Source: an uncultured Poribacteria bacterium (GTDB taxonomy: Bacteria > Poribacteria > WGA-4E > WGA-3G). From it: 64,000 nucleotides of DNA. The notes below the pieces were generated by a model. That model did not search any database. It was not told the DNA's origin and saw only the letters and a list, made by a program, of their open reading frames with translations. A program made the translations under genes and the position numbers. The stretch spans positions 256,001 to 320,000 of the forward strand of contig CATQHZ020000001.1 in assembly GCA_958296135.2 (NCBI GenBank). Direction: 5' to 3'. Shown here piece after piece: positions 19,096 to 30,624 of the stretch. How positions within the stretch are numbered: position 1 is the first letter of the stretch; every line of letters begins with the position of its first letter.

Positions 19096-20232
19096 ATGAA
19101 AGCAATTTTGGCATTAGCAGACGGAACCGTTTTCGAGGGACAACCCTTTGGCGCGATGGGCGAAACCGTCGGCGAAGTTGTCTTCAATACCAGCATGACG
19201 GGCTATCAGGAAGTCCTCACCGATCCCTCTTATAAAGGGCAAATCGTCACGATGACTTATCCGTTAATCGGCAATTACGGATGCAACGAAACGGACATTG
19301 AATCCAGCCGGCCGCAGGTGGAAGGGTTTGTCGTTCGGGAATACAGCGCGTATCCGAGCAATTGGCGTTCACAATGGAGCTTAGATGCCTACTTGGCGGA
19401 GCACGGCATCATCGGCATTCAGGGAATTGACACCCGCGCGCTCACCCGTCGCCTCCGCATCCACGGCGTGATGAACGCCTGTCTCTCCTCGGAAGAACTC
19501 AACCCAGAATCTCTAGTTGCCAAAGCCAAAGCGTGGCACGGCTTAGCCGGGCGCGATTTAGTGCAGCGCGTCACGTGCCCGAATCCTTACGCATGGAATG
19601 GACATCCGGGCTCTTATAGTCATGAACAGGGACAGGGACAGGTGTCCACTTCGCGCGGGACATATCGCGTCGTCGCCATCGATTTCGGCGTGAAATATAA
19701 CATGCTGCGGCAACTTGCGGCGCACGGATGCGCCGTGCAGGTTGTCCCAGCGACAACGACAGCGGAAGCGGTGCTGTCCGCTGAGCCAGATGGCGTGTTT
19801 CTCTCCAACGGCCCCGGCGACCCGAGCCCGTTAGACTATGCCATCAAGACGATACAGAGATTGATAGGTAAAAAGCCGCTCTTCGGCATCTGTTTAGGGC
19901 ACCAACTGCTGTCACTCGCCCTCGGCGGGAAAACCTATAAATTGAAGTTTGGGCATCGCGGCGCGAATCAACCCGTCCAACAGGTAGAGACCGGACACGT
20001 GGAAATCACCGCCCAAAACCATGGATTCTGCGTGGATATCGATTCGCTACCGAGCAACGTTGACGTGACGCATATCAATCTAAACGATGACACGCTTGAG
20101 GGAATACGGCATCGGGACGCGCCGATGTTCTCGGTGCAGTATCACCCTGAAGCCGCCCCCGGGCCGCACGATGCAAGTTATCTGTTTTCAAAGTTTACGC
20201 AGATGATGGAGGATAGCCGCGCCGGCACGTAG
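19096..20232 (+). CDS. carA: Carbamoyl-phosphate synthase small subunit
   Basis: [35 protein letters not shown]. Confidence 0.98.
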   Translation: MKAILALADGTVFEGQPFGAMGETVGEVVFNTSMTGYQEVLTDPSYKGQIVTMTYPLIGNYGCNETDIESSRPQVEGFVVREYSAYPSNWRSQWSLDAYLAEHGIIGIQGIDTRALTRRLRIHGVMNACLSSEELNPESLVAKAKAWHGLAGRDLVQRVTCPNPYAWNGHPGSYSHEQGQGQVSTSRGTYRVVAIDFGVKYNMLRQLAAHGCAVQVVPATTTAEAVLSAEPDGVFLSNGPGDPSPLDYAIKTIQRLIGKKPLFGICLGHQLLSLALGGKTYKLKFGHRGANQPVQQVETGHVEITAQNHGFCVDIDSLPSNVDVTHINLNDDTLEGIRHRDAPMFSVQYHPEAAPGPHDASYLFSKFTQMMEDSRAGT

Positions 20233-20350
20233 CTTGTAGGAGAGACCTCCCGGTCTCGATGCCGCCGCGCCGGCACGTAGCGCGAGGGCCCGGCGATCAC
20301 TAATCGCCGAGGGTTCCCCTCGCGAGCCGCTGCGCACCTACGGCACGTAG
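20216..20350. repeat. REP units with an 18-bp direct repeat between carA and carB
   Basis: GCCGCGCCGGCACGTAGC at 20216-20233 and 20264-20281; partial third copy at 20341-20350. Confidence 0.8.
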
Positions 20351-20390
20351 ATGGACTAAGGGCATCCTTTGAGGATAAACATAACACAAA

Positions 20391-23300
20391 ATGCCAAAAC
20401 GGACAGACATCCAAAAAATCTTAATTATCGGTTCCGGTGCGATTATCATCGGGCAGGCATGCGAATTTGACTACTCCGGCACGCAGGCGTGTAAGGCACT
20501 CAAAGAGGAAGGCTACCAGCTCGTGCTAGTCAACAGCAACCCTGCAACAATCATGACAGACCCGGACTTCGCCGATCGCACCTACATTGAACCTATCACC
20601 GCTGACACCGTGGCGCTCGTCATCGCGAAGGAACGGCCGCAGGCGTTGCTGCCGACGTTAGGCGGGCAAACCGCGCTCAACGTCTCTGTCGAACTCGCCG
20701 AAGCCGGCGTGCTGGATAAATACGGCGTAGAACTCATCGGCGCAAAATTGCCAGCCATTCAGAAAGCGGAAGACCGGGCACTCTTCAAGAAGGCGATGCA
20801 AAAGATCGGGTTAGAGGTACCACAAAGCGGCATCGCGCGCACCGTTGCAGAGGCGTTAACCCTCGTGGAGAAAATCGGCTTCCCGGCAATCATCCGGCCC
20901 GCGTTTACCCTCGGCGGCACCGGCGGCGGCATCGCCTATAACATTGAAGAATACCAGAAAATGGTAGCCGCCGGCATCGCACTCAGCCCGATTAACGAAC
21001 TCCTCATCGAAGAATCTGTCATCGGTTGGAAGGAATTTGAGTTGGAGGTAATGCGGGACGGTGCCGACAACGTCGTTATTATCTGCTCCATTGAAAACGT
21101 CGATGCTATGGGTGTCCACACCGGCGATAGCATCACCGTCGCACCCATCCAAACGCTGACAGACCGGGAATATCAGCAAATGCGGGATGCCGCCATCAAA
21201 ATCATCCGGGAAATCGGGGTAGACACGGGCGGCTCTAATATCCAATTCGCTGTGAATCCGCGCACCGGACAACAAGTCGTCATTGAAATGAACCCGCGCG
21301 TCTCGCGCAGCTCCGCACTGGCATCCAAAGCCACCGGGTTCCCAATCGCCAAAATCGCCGCGAAACTCGCTGTCGGCTATACCCTCGACGAAATTCCAAA
21401 CGATATTACTGCTGAAACACCCGCCTGCTTTGAACCTACCATCGATTACGTCGTCGTCAAAATCCCGCGGTGGGCATTTGAGAAATTCCAAGGCACCGAT
21501 GAGACCTTGACAACACAGATGAAATCGGTAGGCGAGGCGATGTCCATCGGCAGCACTTTCAAAGAGGCACTCCAGAAAGGACTGCGTTCGTTGGAGAACG
21601 GCTGGCACGGGTTTGACAACCACCCGCTTGAGAAACTCCCGCTCTCCGAGCTCTCTAGCAAATTAACGGTGCCGAACGTCGAGCGCATCTTTTACATCAA
21701 ATCCGCGCTCAAACACGGGATGAGCCTCGAAGAAATCCACGCTTATACCCACATCGATCTGTTTTTCCTTTACAACCTCAAGGAAATCGTCGATTTTGAG
21801 CAGGAGTTAACCCAAAATGCATCGCGGAACGGCGGACGAGGGCCCGCCTCGCGCTACGGGGAATATGACGTAACGCTGCTCCGTCGCGCCAAACAATTCG
21901 GATTTTCCGACCGGCAGCTCGCCGACATCTACGACAGCACAGAACACGAAATCCGTCACATCCGTAAGCAACTCGGGGTGGAGGCAACCTTCAAGACTGT
22001 GGATACCTGCGCAGCCGAATTTGAGGCACAAACCCCTTACTACTATTCCACTTGTGCAAGTGAAGATGAGGTGCATCCCACGGACAAACCGAAAATCATG
22101 ATCCTCGGTGGCGGACCCAACCGCATCGGACAAGGCATCGAATTTGACTACTGCTGTGTCCACGCCGCAATGGCACTCAAAGCCGATGGCTACGAAACCA
22201 TCATGGTGAACAGCAACCCCGAAACCGTCAGCACCGATTACGACACCTCCGACCGGCTCTACTTTGAGCCCCTCACCTGTGAAGATGTGCTGAATATCTA
22301 TGACAAGGAGAAACCGATAGGGGTTATCGTCCAGTTCGGCGGACAGACACCGTTGAACCTCGCGATGGCACTGAAAGCCGCAGGCGTGCCGATAATCGGA
22401 ACAAGCCCCGAAGACATCGCCCGTTCGGAAGACCGGCGGCTCTTCAAAGAGGTGCTAGACACCATCAGGCTCAAGCAGCCGCCGAACGGCACGGCGACTT
22501 CTAGCGCGGAAGCTGCACCTATCGCCGCCGCACTCGGCTATCCAGTCATCGTCAGGCCCTCGTATGTGCTGGGCGGCCGCGCCATGCAGATTGTTTACGA
22601 TGAAGAACTGCTTCAGGACTATATGCACTCCGCCGTGCAAGCCTCGCCGGAGCATCCCGTGCTAATCGACAAATACCTTGAGGACGCGATTGAAGTGGAC
22701 GTGGATGCCATCTCCGACGGAAACCGCACCGTCATCGGCGGGATAATGGAGCATATTGAAGAAGCGGGTGTCCACTCCGGCGACAGCGACTGCGTGCTGC
22801 CCCCCCACACCCTCGTCGATGAGCAGATTATGCAACTCAAGGAGTACACCTACTCCCTCGCCAAGGCACTCCGCGTGCGCGGCCTGATGAACGTGCAATA
22901 CGCCATCAAAAACGATGAGATTTATGTATTGGAGGTGAATCCGCGCGCCTCGCGCACCATCCCGTTCGTGAGCAAAGCCATCGGGGTGCCGCTGGCGAAA
23001 TTGGCGGCGCGCGTGATGGCGGGCAAAACGCTAGACGCGCTCGGGTTCACGCAGGAAATTGAGCCGACTTATTTCAGCGTGAAGGTCCCTGTCTTCCCTT
23101 TCAACCGCTTCCCCGGCGCGAACTCTCGCCTCGGGCCAGAAATGAAGTCCACGGGGGAAGTCATGGGCATCGATACCGATGTCTCGCGTGCGTTCGCGAA
23201 AGCACAAAAGGCGTGCGGCTACACGCTCCCGCTCGCCGGCAAGGTGTTTATCAGTGTGCGGAATAAGGACAAACGCGCGATTATTTTCATCGCCAAAAAG

Positions 23301-23630
23301 TTGTATGATATGGGGTTCGAGCTCATCGCGACACACGGCACAGCGAAAGTGCTGCTCCGCAACGGCATGGCGGCAGAGCTCGTCTTCAGCATCGGCAAAG
23401 GGCGGCCGACAATTCACGATTATATCAAAAACCACGCCGTCGCACTGATTATCAACACGCCTACCGGCGATTTGCACCGGCCGAACGAACTGCTCATCCG
23501 GCAGATGGCCATAGAACACGACATCCCGATTTTCTCTACCGTTCCCGGCGCAGCGGCAGCGGTAAACGCGATTGATGCCCTGCAACGCGGCGATATTTCT
23601 GTCGCACCCCTGCAGGATTATTATTTATAG
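20391..23630 (+). CDS. carB: Carbamoyl-phosphate synthase large subunit
   Basis: [17 protein letters not shown], two ATP-grasp halves and a C-terminal MGS domain. Confidence 0.99.
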   Translation: MPKRTDIQKILIIGSGAIIIGQACEFDYSGTQACKALKEEGYQLVLVNSNPATIMTDPDFADRTYIEPITADTVALVIAKERPQALLPTLGGQTALNVSVELAEAGVLDKYGVELIGAKLPAIQKAEDRALFKKAMQKIGLEVPQSGIARTVAEALTLVEKIGFPAIIRPAFTLGGTGGGIAYNIEEYQKMVAAGIALSPINELLIEESVIGWKEFELEVMRDGADNVVIICSIENVDAMGVHTGDSITVAPIQTLTDREYQQMRDAAIKIIREIGVDTGGSNIQFAVNPRTGQQVVIEMNPRVSRSSALASKATGFPIAKIAAKLAVGYTLDEIPNDITAETPACFEPTIDYVVVKIPRWAFEKFQGTDETLTTQMKSVGEAMSIGSTFKEALQKGLRSLENGWHGFDNHPLEKLPLSELSSKLTVPNVERIFYIKSALKHGMSLEEIHAYTHIDLFFLYNLKEIVDFEQELTQNASRNGGRGPASRYGEYDVTLLRRAKQFGFSDRQLADIYDSTEHEIRHIRKQLGVEATFKTVDTCAAEFEAQTPYYYSTCASEDEVHPTDKPKIMILGGGPNRIGQGIEFDYCCVHAAMALKADGYETIMVNSNPETVSTDYDTSDRLYFEPLTCEDVLNIYDKEKPIGVIVQFGGQTPLNLAMALKAAGVPIIGTSPEDIARSEDRRLFKEVLDTIRLKQPPNGTATSSAEAAPIAAALGYPVIVRPSYVLGGRAMQIVYDEELLQDYMHSAVQASPEHPVLIDKYLEDAIEVDVDAISDGNRTVIGGIMEHIEEAGVHSGDSDCVLPPHTLVDEQIMQLKEYTYSLAKALRVRGLMNVQYAIKNDEIYVLEVNPRASRTIPFVSKAIGVPLAKLAARVMAGKTLDALGFTQEIEPTYFSVKVPVFPFNRFPGANSRLGPEMKSTGEVMGIDTDVSRAFAKAQKACGYTLPLAGKVFISVRNKDKRAIIFIAKKLYDMGFELIATHGTAKVLLRNGMAAELVFSIGKGRPTIHDYIKNHAVALIINTPTGDLHRPNELLIRQMAIEHDIPIFSTVPGAAAAVNAIDALQRGDISVAPLQDYYL

Positions 23631-23732
23631 CACGCATCCCGTACGCGCGGTTGCAAACCGCGCCTACCGGCACATTTTGATAAGGCATTTGTCTCCCGTA
23701 TACGGGAGATTCATGTCGAGAGGAAACACACC

Positions 23733-24536
23733 ATGGCAAACGATGCAAGCCTTGAAAGAAATACCCGCTGGGTCCAAGCACTTGACAGAATTCTCGAAGT
23801 GCTCAACCTTGACATCGAACATCCTATCCGATTTTTGCAAATCGAAGATGGCCGGGAGGTAATTATCGTCCAACCGAACGCCTTCACCGTCTCGCGTGTT
23901 TACGCTACCGGCCGCCCCGATGGACTGCGGCCACACGGCAAAGATTCCTACTACGAGCACTTTCGCGCGAAGTTGGAGGCACATGAAGAAGAACACGGCA
24001 CCGGCGAGGGATTTGAACTGGAACCTGAAGAATGGCAGACGCTCTTCGAGGAATCTTTCTTCCGCTATAACCGCTATTTGCTGTTCGCCGGCATCAAACG
24101 GTGGGAGAATGTCAAACGCGACACCGACACAAACCTCGCCGTTACGATGATGGCGCGCGAATACGCACCACCCGAAATCGCATGGCAGAGCTATCAGTAT
24201 AAAGGCTACATGCTGATGATGAACAGCATCGCCAAAGCCGAGCTAAGCCTGCAACAGGACGATACGGCGGCGGCGTTGCAGCACATCGACGCAGGCATCC
24301 AGAAAATGGGCGAATTTTGCGGCGAATGTCTCCGCGAAGAACACGCCGACGCAGAGAACGTCACGCGCGAACGCTACCTCAGCAACCTCCTTGATTTCCG
24401 CGCCGACATGGAATCTCTCAACACCGGCGAAAACGCAGCGGATAGCGATGCCGATGCCGATGCCGATGACAGCGTGGATAGCGATGAAGCTGACATCTTG
24501 GCGGAGTTAGAACGGCTCCTCAACGACGAAGATTAG
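23733..24536 (+). CDS. Conserved hypothetical protein (GRPDG.RPHG family) with an acidic tail
   Basis: 267-aa ORF with GRPDGLRPHG...F.L..EE...RY.R...V.RDT..NL. It resembles PVC-group proteins often annotated 'UvrB/UvrC motif-containing', but no UVR motif is evident. Confidence 0.6.
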   Translation: MANDASLERNTRWVQALDRILEVLNLDIEHPIRFLQIEDGREVIIVQPNAFTVSRVYATGRPDGLRPHGKDSYYEHFRAKLEAHEEEHGTGEGFELEPEEWQTLFEESFFRYNRYLLFAGIKRWENVKRDTDTNLAVTMMAREYAPPEIAWQSYQYKGYMLMMNSIAKAELSLQQDDTAAALQHIDAGIQKMGEFCGECLREEHADAENVTRERYLSNLLDFRADMESLNTGENAADSDADADADDSVDSDEADILAELERLLNDED

Positions 24537-24611
24537 GCAGCACCGGTAGAGGTGAATTGGGTCCCAGGGCCCTGAGCCGTAGGCGCGCTTTGAAAGCACG
24601 CCTACCGCCGG

Positions 24612-25283
24612 TTAGAGTTCCACCGAACCCAACTCATCGTCATCGTCCACCTGTGTGGCACGCCAGAGGACACCCCCGAAGAAAATAAACGCAACGCCGC
24701 GGATAAGCACGTGCAACTCAATGGCCAGTCCAAGCAAGGCACCGATTGGAAACGCAATCGCGCAGAGGAGGAAGAGATACGCGGCAACAGCATTCCCCCA
24801 CGTCCTGAGCGCGAGCCCGTAGCAGAACGTTGTCAAAACGCACAAGAAGGTGCCTGTCATCAGGAGTGCCTCTGCCCATTCTGCCCAGAGCGCGTAGAGA
24901 GCCTGCCCTATTGATTCGGTTTCCGGGGCCGCCATGAATTCCGCTAACGTCTGAAGCGGTGCCGTCAACGCGCAGTGGCCTAACAACTCAACACCCAGCC
25001 AGAGCAACGCGAACAGCGTTCCTAGCAGACTTTGGACGTACGCTTCAGAACGGAGAAGCACATACCCTGCCGCGACCGGCGGCACAAGCAACATCAGCGT
25101 CACGACATCAATACCGTGCAAAACGCTGAGCGTGCCATCAAGCACCTGCCCCGCCTCCAGAGAGGGGAAACCAGACACGCCGTTAAAGTGAATCCAACAA
25201 CTTGCGAGCACCACGAGGAGCCCACTCAAGATACTCGTGATACTGCCGAGTCTATATAGCGACTTTCGTTTATTCTCCATCAA
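24612..25283 (-). CDS. Integral membrane protein (about 6 TM, DUF4386-like)
   Basis: Multiple hydrophobic segments; AAGGTG RBS-like sequence. Confidence 0.65.
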   Translation of the reverse strand: MMENKRKSLYRLGSITSILSGLLVVLASCWIHFNGVSGFPSLEAGQVLDGTLSVLHGIDVVTLMLLVPPVAAGYVLLRSEAYVQSLLGTLFALLWLGVELLGHCALTAPLQTLAEFMAAPETESIGQALYALWAEWAEALLMTGTFLCVLTTFCYGLALRTWGNAVAAYLFLLCAIAFPIGALLGLAIELHVLIRGVAFIFFGGVLWRATQVDDDDELGSVEL

Positions 25284-25478
25284 TCACCTTCCTTATGAAC
25301 CTCCATAATACCAATCTGTAGGGGGAACGCCCCTGAGTTGGGTCTGCAGAAGCACCGGCTCCTGCCAATCATGCCTGTCAAGGCCTTAGAAAAATCGTCT
25401 CATGTTAGCGCGTTAGCAGCGCATCCTCAAATCTTTCTTAGAGTCTACGCAAATTCACAATTTTAAGCAAGATTTTCC

Positions 25479-25507
25479 TTGACACGCCGTAATAGATAGC
25501 GTATAAT
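25479..25507 (+). promoter_or_regulatory. Sigma70 promoter
   Basis: TTGACA-17 nt-TATAAT, perfect consensus. Confidence 0.8.
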
Positions 25508-25541
25508 GTCCTTATCATCATGAGATAAAGGCAACAGAAAC

Positions 25542-26975
25542 ATGAACGCTCAGAAAACCGTGCTGATAGTCGATGCAGACCGGCGGCAGCGCGCCCAAGT
25601 CTGTCAAACGCTCAGCGGTGAAGGACTTCGCCTCATTGTCAAAGACAACATGTATCAGGCGTTTCACCAAATCGAATACCAAAAAATAGATATCCTCATC
25701 GCACCACTGAAGGCAGAACGGATTGACGGCTTGGCTCTCTTGGAAGCCGCAACGCAGCAACACCCCGATGTCGGTATCCTTTTCATTACCGCACCAAATG
25801 TGTTGGAAACCGACATCGGCATCAAGGCGATGACAGCACACGAAGGCACCTACTTCCTGCCGAAGCCTGTCAATCCGGTTCACTTGAAAGCACTGCTACA
25901 GCGAACGCTTCAAAACCAACAACTCGCATTTGAAAACCGGCAGCTGCAATCGCAAATCGACGAACAGGAAGGCCTGCGCCGCATGACAGGAAAATCGCCG
26001 CAAATCAGCCGCGTCCGCGAGATGATTACCCAAATCGCACCGACAAGCGCGACGGTGATGATCTACGGTGCGCGCGGCACCGGCAAGGAGCTCGTCGCAC
26101 GGGCAGTACACCATCGCAGCCTGCGCCGCGGTTCACTCATCGCCTTTAACTGCGCAACACTCAACGAAAACCTCGCCGAATCGGAACTCTTTGGACACGA
26201 ACGCGGCTCGTTTAGCGGCGCATATTATCAACGGAAAGGACGATTTGAACTCGCACACGGCGGAACACTGTTCCTTGACGAAATCTCAAAACTGAGTTTA
26301 TCCAATCAGGCGCGCCTCCTACGCGTCCTCGAAGAACGCGAATTTGAACGCGTCGGCGGCTCAAAAATAATCAAAGTTGACGTGCGAGTCGTCTGTGCAA
26401 CCAACAGCGATTTGGAACGCGCCTGCGAAGAGGGATACTTCCTACCAGACCTTTACGACAGGCTCAACGTCATCCCTATTCATCTACCGACACTGCAGGA
26501 ACGGATGGAGGATATCCCGCTGCTAGTGAAGGATTTCCTTCAGGAATTTTGCCGACAAAACAAGAAACCGCGGATAACACTCACGCCAGAGGCCATCCGA
26601 ACCTTGATGAAATACGACTGGCCCGGCAACGTGCGCGAATTGAAAAATTGCATTGAGGGACTCGTCGTCATGTCCACGCACACCCGCTTGCAACAGGCAG
26701 ACCTGCCGGAACGCATCCTCAAGGCGACGGGCGTGATGATGTCAAACATCGTCTCCGTGCCGACGCTGCAGACAGCAGCGCGCTCGCACACCGGCGGCCC
26801 GCCCAGTCTCAACGTAGAAATCGGCATGTCCCTTGACGAGATTAACCGGGAAGTGCTCCGCGCCACGCTGGAATATGTGGATAATAATAAGGTCAAGGCG
26901 GCGAAAATCCTCCAAATCAGCCGGCGAACAATCCAACGGAAGGCGAAAGAATATGGACTCTGCAATGACGATTAG
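25542..26975 (+). CDS. NtrC/AtoC-family enhancer-binding protein with an atypical receiver domain
   Basis: GARGTGKEL Walker A, ESELFGHERGSFSGA, LFLDEI, WPGNVREL and a Fis-type HTH. Confidence 0.9.
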   Translation: MNAQKTVLIVDADRRQRAQVCQTLSGEGLRLIVKDNMYQAFHQIEYQKIDILIAPLKAERIDGLALLEAATQQHPDVGILFITAPNVLETDIGIKAMTAHEGTYFLPKPVNPVHLKALLQRTLQNQQLAFENRQLQSQIDEQEGLRRMTGKSPQISRVREMITQIAPTSATVMIYGARGTGKELVARAVHHRSLRRGSLIAFNCATLNENLAESELFGHERGSFSGAYYQRKGRFELAHGGTLFLDEISKLSLSNQARLLRVLEEREFERVGGSKIIKVDVRVVCATNSDLERACEEGYFLPDLYDRLNVIPIHLPTLQERMEDIPLLVKDFLQEFCRQNKKPRITLTPEAIRTLMKYDWPGNVRELKNCIEGLVVMSTHTRLQQADLPERILKATGVMMSNIVSVPTLQTAARSHTGGPPSLNVEIGMSLDEINREVLRATLEYVDNNKVKAAKILQISRRTIQRKAKEYGLCNDD

Positions 26976-27564
26976 AAAGAAACTTGTAAACCCATATCTG
27001 GCACTCGTCGGGTTTCAGACGCAAGCCGCAGGCGACACTGGGCATCTTGCAGGCTTCCCGTTTCATCTCTCAGACATCTTCGGACCGGTTTTCGGAGTGC
27101 TGCTGCCGACGCTCATCCTCGTTTTCGTTGCGACGGCCGTCTATGCATGGGCGCGGCACAGAAACCGAAGACAGGAGCCCTCGCGATTTGAGGGGCGCGT
27201 TCCTCAACCGCGGCGCGCGCACACGCAGGCGGACACCCCGGAAGCAAGCGCGTTAGAAGCGTTAGAGTTTGCCCTCTACAAGCGCGCCGATACTGCGATT
27301 CGTGATTACTATGCCAGCATTGCGTGCCTGATGCTGCAGTATCTCGGCGAGAAATACCAGATAAAGGTGCATGAGACGACAACGGCAAAGATCTTAGCCG
27401 ATGTCGCAGCCGCGCTCACCGATAGCCAGCTCGACTACATCGGCGAAATTCTTCATACGTGTGATATGGTGCAGCTCACCCGGCATCATCCCACGCGTTC
27501 GGAACAAGACGATATTTACGAAACCGCGCGAGATTTTCTCGAAGGGCAGGCGAAAGGTTTATAG
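26965..27564 (+). CDS. Hypothetical single-TM membrane protein (DUF4381/BatD-associated-like)
   Basis: Start MTIRKK overlaps the NtrC stop. One TM helix, then YY..I...YL.EKY.I...E.TT..IL. Confidence 0.55.
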   Translation: MTIRKKLVNPYLALVGFQTQAAGDTGHLAGFPFHLSDIFGPVFGVLLPTLILVFVATAVYAWARHRNRRQEPSRFEGRVPQPRRAHTQADTPEASALEALEFALYKRADTAIRDYYASIACLMLQYLGEKYQIKVHETTTAKILADVAAALTDSQLDYIGEILHTCDMVQLTRHHPTRSEQDDIYETARDFLEGQAKGL

Positions 27565-27595
27565 CCACATTTCGCGGGAAGCACGTTCATTTGAC

Positions 27596-27625
27596 TTGAC
27601 AAGTGCTTTTGAAATATGTTATCAT
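27596..27625 (+). promoter_or_regulatory. Sigma70 promoter of the GIY-YIG/DGQHR/HNH operon
   Basis: TTGACA-18 nt-TATCAT with extended TG; near-duplicate of 31554-31582. Confidence 0.65.
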
Positions 27626-27678
27626 AACTATTGTTTCTTACAGTTCAAGTCTAATCTGTCACAAATGAAGGTGTCTAC

Positions 27679-28302
27679 ATGAAAATAGCTGAGTTTCAAG
27701 GAAGCGGAATCGTGGAGGCACCGGAACTCCCCGGTATTTACGCGTGGTATTATCGTCCACAAGCATCTGGAAACAACGTCCCTGCCATTCTTGGACATTT
27801 GATAAAGACTCCGTTTCGCGTGAAAACCGAAATTGCTATGCGATATCGGGTAATCTGGACAGCGGAATCCGAGGTTGATGTTCTCCACGGGGCCGAACGC
27901 CAACCTGCAGACCAGGTTGTTGCAAAGATAGTTACCGATGGCGGCGAACTCATCAAATCCTTGCTTCAAAATGCGATGGTGCCCTACTTTGCAACACCTC
28001 TCTATATCGGAATTTCCCGAAACTTATCTCGGAGGGTGAAGGAACACTACGATGCCTTGACGCAACTCTGGGAAACAGATGCGCAGGTAAGCAGCTACCT
28101 TGAACAGCATCCCGATGCAGCAGTGGAGGAAGGGCAAGATCAGTGTGATTTAAACCATTCGTTTCCACTCAACGCAAGAGTCAAGGGCATCGCACCAAAC
28201 GAACTAGTAGTTTGTGTTTTTCCAATTGAGGCTCCGGATAACCTGCGAGACTTGGAACAAATTCTTCAGATCCTTGCCGATCCAATTTGCGGTAGGAGAT
28301 AA
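27679..28302 (+). CDS. GIY-YIG nuclease-like protein with a long insert between the motifs
   Basis: PGIYAWY (aa 18-24), LYIGISRNLSRRVKEH (aa 108-123) and C-terminal LRDLEQIL. Confidence 0.7.
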   Translation: MKIAEFQGSGIVEAPELPGIYAWYYRPQASGNNVPAILGHLIKTPFRVKTEIAMRYRVIWTAESEVDVLHGAERQPADQVVAKIVTDGGELIKSLLQNAMVPYFATPLYIGISRNLSRRVKEHYDALTQLWETDAQVSSYLEQHPDAAVEEGQDQCDLNHSFPLNARVKGIAPNELVVCVFPIEAPDNLRDLEQILQILADPICGRR

Positions 28303-28306
28303 ACCG

Positions 28307-30613
28307 ATGTCAACAATGTTCAGCGTCCCAAAAACTCCCGTTTTCGGATCCTTTGGGGAATTTACAATTGGGGAGGGCTCAAATACCCTTCGTGCCAGAT
28401 ATCTTCTCACGAAAATCAGGCCCGGGAACGATGGCACGTGGGAATGCGAGTTGGCATCCCAAATGAAGCCTTGGCGCGAGGTCTTCAATGTTGAAGAATT
28501 GAGTTTTGATGAACTCTTACAACGAGAGCTGGACGACTCGCGCGTCGCGCAAGACCTCATCCCCTATCTGCTTGGCGAATCCGGAAATAGGGCAAAGTTC
28601 TTTCCACCGATTCTCGCCGTAATTGTCCCGCGACAGCAGGTTGGATCCGGAATTGAAGCCTTTTATCCCGCTCGGGCGGCTCAAGGCGCATCGGTTGAGC
28701 ATTACGGCAATCTGTTTGATTTTGAACGGATTGAATGGGGTGGCGAACTTACCCCACTAGCGCGTCTTAACTATAATCGGCAACGCGCCGCGTTCATTAT
28801 TGTTGACGGCCAACACCGCGCCATGGCTGTGCTCGCGCTGCACAGACAGCTGAACGATAATTGGGGTGATAACGCCTTCGCCTCTTACTACGAGCACATC
28901 CAGGTGACTCCCGAACAAGTCAAAAGCATTGAATTGCCGACATGTATCATCTATTTCCCAGATTTACATGATGACAATCCGCAGCCGCGAGAACAGGGGC
29001 TCGATTTAAACTCTGTTTGTCGGGAGATATTCCTGGTTGTCAATCGGAGTGCTAAGCATGTGAGCGAAGCGCGGGAACTTTTGCTAGACGACGAGGATAT
29101 CGCCGCACGCCTGATGCGCCGAACCCTCTCAACGCTGAAAAACCGCGGCGAAGAACAAGCTGACTTAGCCCGACTTTATTCAATTGCTTATGGGGATTCA
29201 GACACTGAAGCCGGACAAAAAGAGGTAGTCACAGGACAACTTGAATACAGCAGTGCCATTGCGATTCACAAAGTCCACAGCGCGATTGCTTTTGGTGCTA
29301 ACGAAGGGTTTAAGTTAAAAAATCCTCAGGACATTTCGGGCGGACGCGCGACTCAGAACAAGAACCGTCCGGCCGAGATATTACTAGGAACGAGTGTGGA
29401 AGACTACCGAATACTCGCGCGCAATTCGGGGAAAACACTCCCCACCGCCGAAGTCGACGTAGTCGTCGAAAAACTGGGCGACTTGGCGGACACTGCCTTG
29501 GTGCGACTTTTCGACCTGTTTCGTCCGTTTCAGATTCATAATGACGAGCTCCGAGAATTGAGACTGCGGCTTTCAGACGTTCAAGCTGACGCTCGGTTTG
29601 AACAGAAGAAAGCGTATACGCTGATTTCTGAGGGAAGCGGGGTGCGGAACGTCTTTGACTCACATTTCAGGCGGCTGAGTGAGGAGAAGTATGAACGCGA
29701 GCGCGAGGGGCAAACAATCCCACAACACATCCTGAATCAGATTGACTTCTGCAGAACTGTTAAGCAGGCACTCGGTGAGCACGAACGCGACTTCCATCGC
29801 CGCCGCGCTTGCAACTTCTTCGGGATAAACCGTGCCCTATTTGATAGTGCCGCTTATCGGGAAGAACGGGTATTCCTGAGTGACAAGGCACAAAAACTCT
29901 TCCATACTGTGTCAACCCAAGCGTTTCAGTTGGGTTACGCCATGGCGATTTTCACCGTCGTTGAAGAGTTGAAACGCGGCAGACCGGATGCCTCGCCCTT
30001 GCTGTATCACAACAGGCTGAAACTTGTCGAATTCGTGACAGAGGCATATCTCGCCGCGCTCAACACTTACTTTTCCCCCAAGGACAATACGATTCATCAG
30101 ACACTCACTGGCTACATCAGCGAGCCGCGGGCATCAGTTTTTGACGCAAATTCTCCGGGGCTCCGTGGACTCTTGGCGATGAGCGTCAATGAGCTCAACG
30201 AACGCCAATGGCGATTTTTCCGCTACGCCATTTTAGAGATTGTCCACTCGCCGTTTTGCTGGCATGCTGCTCAAAAAAAAATGAAGCAGATGGACTGCAA
30301 ATGGGCATTAACGTGGTATAAAGAAGCCATCCCCAAACTCGTAGATGGCCTGATGTCCGAACGTGCAAAGTATGTTGAGGATGCCGTTGAAGCGGCTGTA
30401 AGAGGCCGCGAATTTGAGTCGCTGAAAATGCAAACGGAATCTGAAGCGAGAGATGCCGGCAAAAGCGAAGAACGCCTCCGGCAACTTGTAGAAGAACTTC
30501 AGCATTCCCACCGGACAGCAGCGAAGCAAAACGCGCTTAGCCACCTCAAAGCAAGTTTGGAAACGGTTGAATCCACATCGGCAATCATCCAACGCTTACG
30601 CGCTAACCTGTAG
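28307..30613 (+). CDS. Large DGQHR-domain (DndB/ParB-Srx-like) protein, 768 aa
   Basis: AGGAG RBS before ATG 28307. LLQRELD..R, FFPPILA, IIVDGQHR, EIFLVVN.SAK motifs, then a long helical C-terminal region. Confidence 0.85.
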   Translation: MSTMFSVPKTPVFGSFGEFTIGEGSNTLRARYLLTKIRPGNDGTWECELASQMKPWREVFNVEELSFDELLQRELDDSRVAQDLIPYLLGESGNRAKFFPPILAVIVPRQQVGSGIEAFYPARAAQGASVEHYGNLFDFERIEWGGELTPLARLNYNRQRAAFIIVDGQHRAMAVLALHRQLNDNWGDNAFASYYEHIQVTPEQVKSIELPTCIIYFPDLHDDNPQPREQGLDLNSVCREIFLVVNRSAKHVSEARELLLDDEDIAARLMRRTLSTLKNRGEEQADLARLYSIAYGDSDTEAGQKEVVTGQLEYSSAIAIHKVHSAIAFGANEGFKLKNPQDISGGRATQNKNRPAEILLGTSVEDYRILARNSGKTLPTAEVDVVVEKLGDLADTALVRLFDLFRPFQIHNDELRELRLRLSDVQADARFEQKKAYTLISEGSGVRNVFDSHFRRLSEEKYEREREGQTIPQHILNQIDFCRTVKQALGEHERDFHRRRACNFFGINRALFDSAAYREERVFLSDKAQKLFHTVSTQAFQLGYAMAIFTVVEELKRGRPDASPLLYHNRLKLVEFVTEAYLAALNTYFSPKDNTIHQTLTGYISEPRASVFDANSPGLRGLLAMSVNELNERQWRFFRYAILEIVHSPFCWHAAQKKMKQMDCKWALTWYKEAIPKLVDGLMSERAKYVEDAVEAAVRGREFESLKMQTESEARDAGKSEERLRQLVEELQHSHRTAAKQNALSHLKASLETVESTSAIIQRLRANL

Positions 30614-30624
30614 GTGCCTGAAAA

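Noticed and set aside
28307-30613. Complete Dnd phosphorothioation or Dpd system
   Set aside because: No DndC/D/E, cysteine desulfurase or DpdA homolog in the window; only the DGQHR motif is shared.
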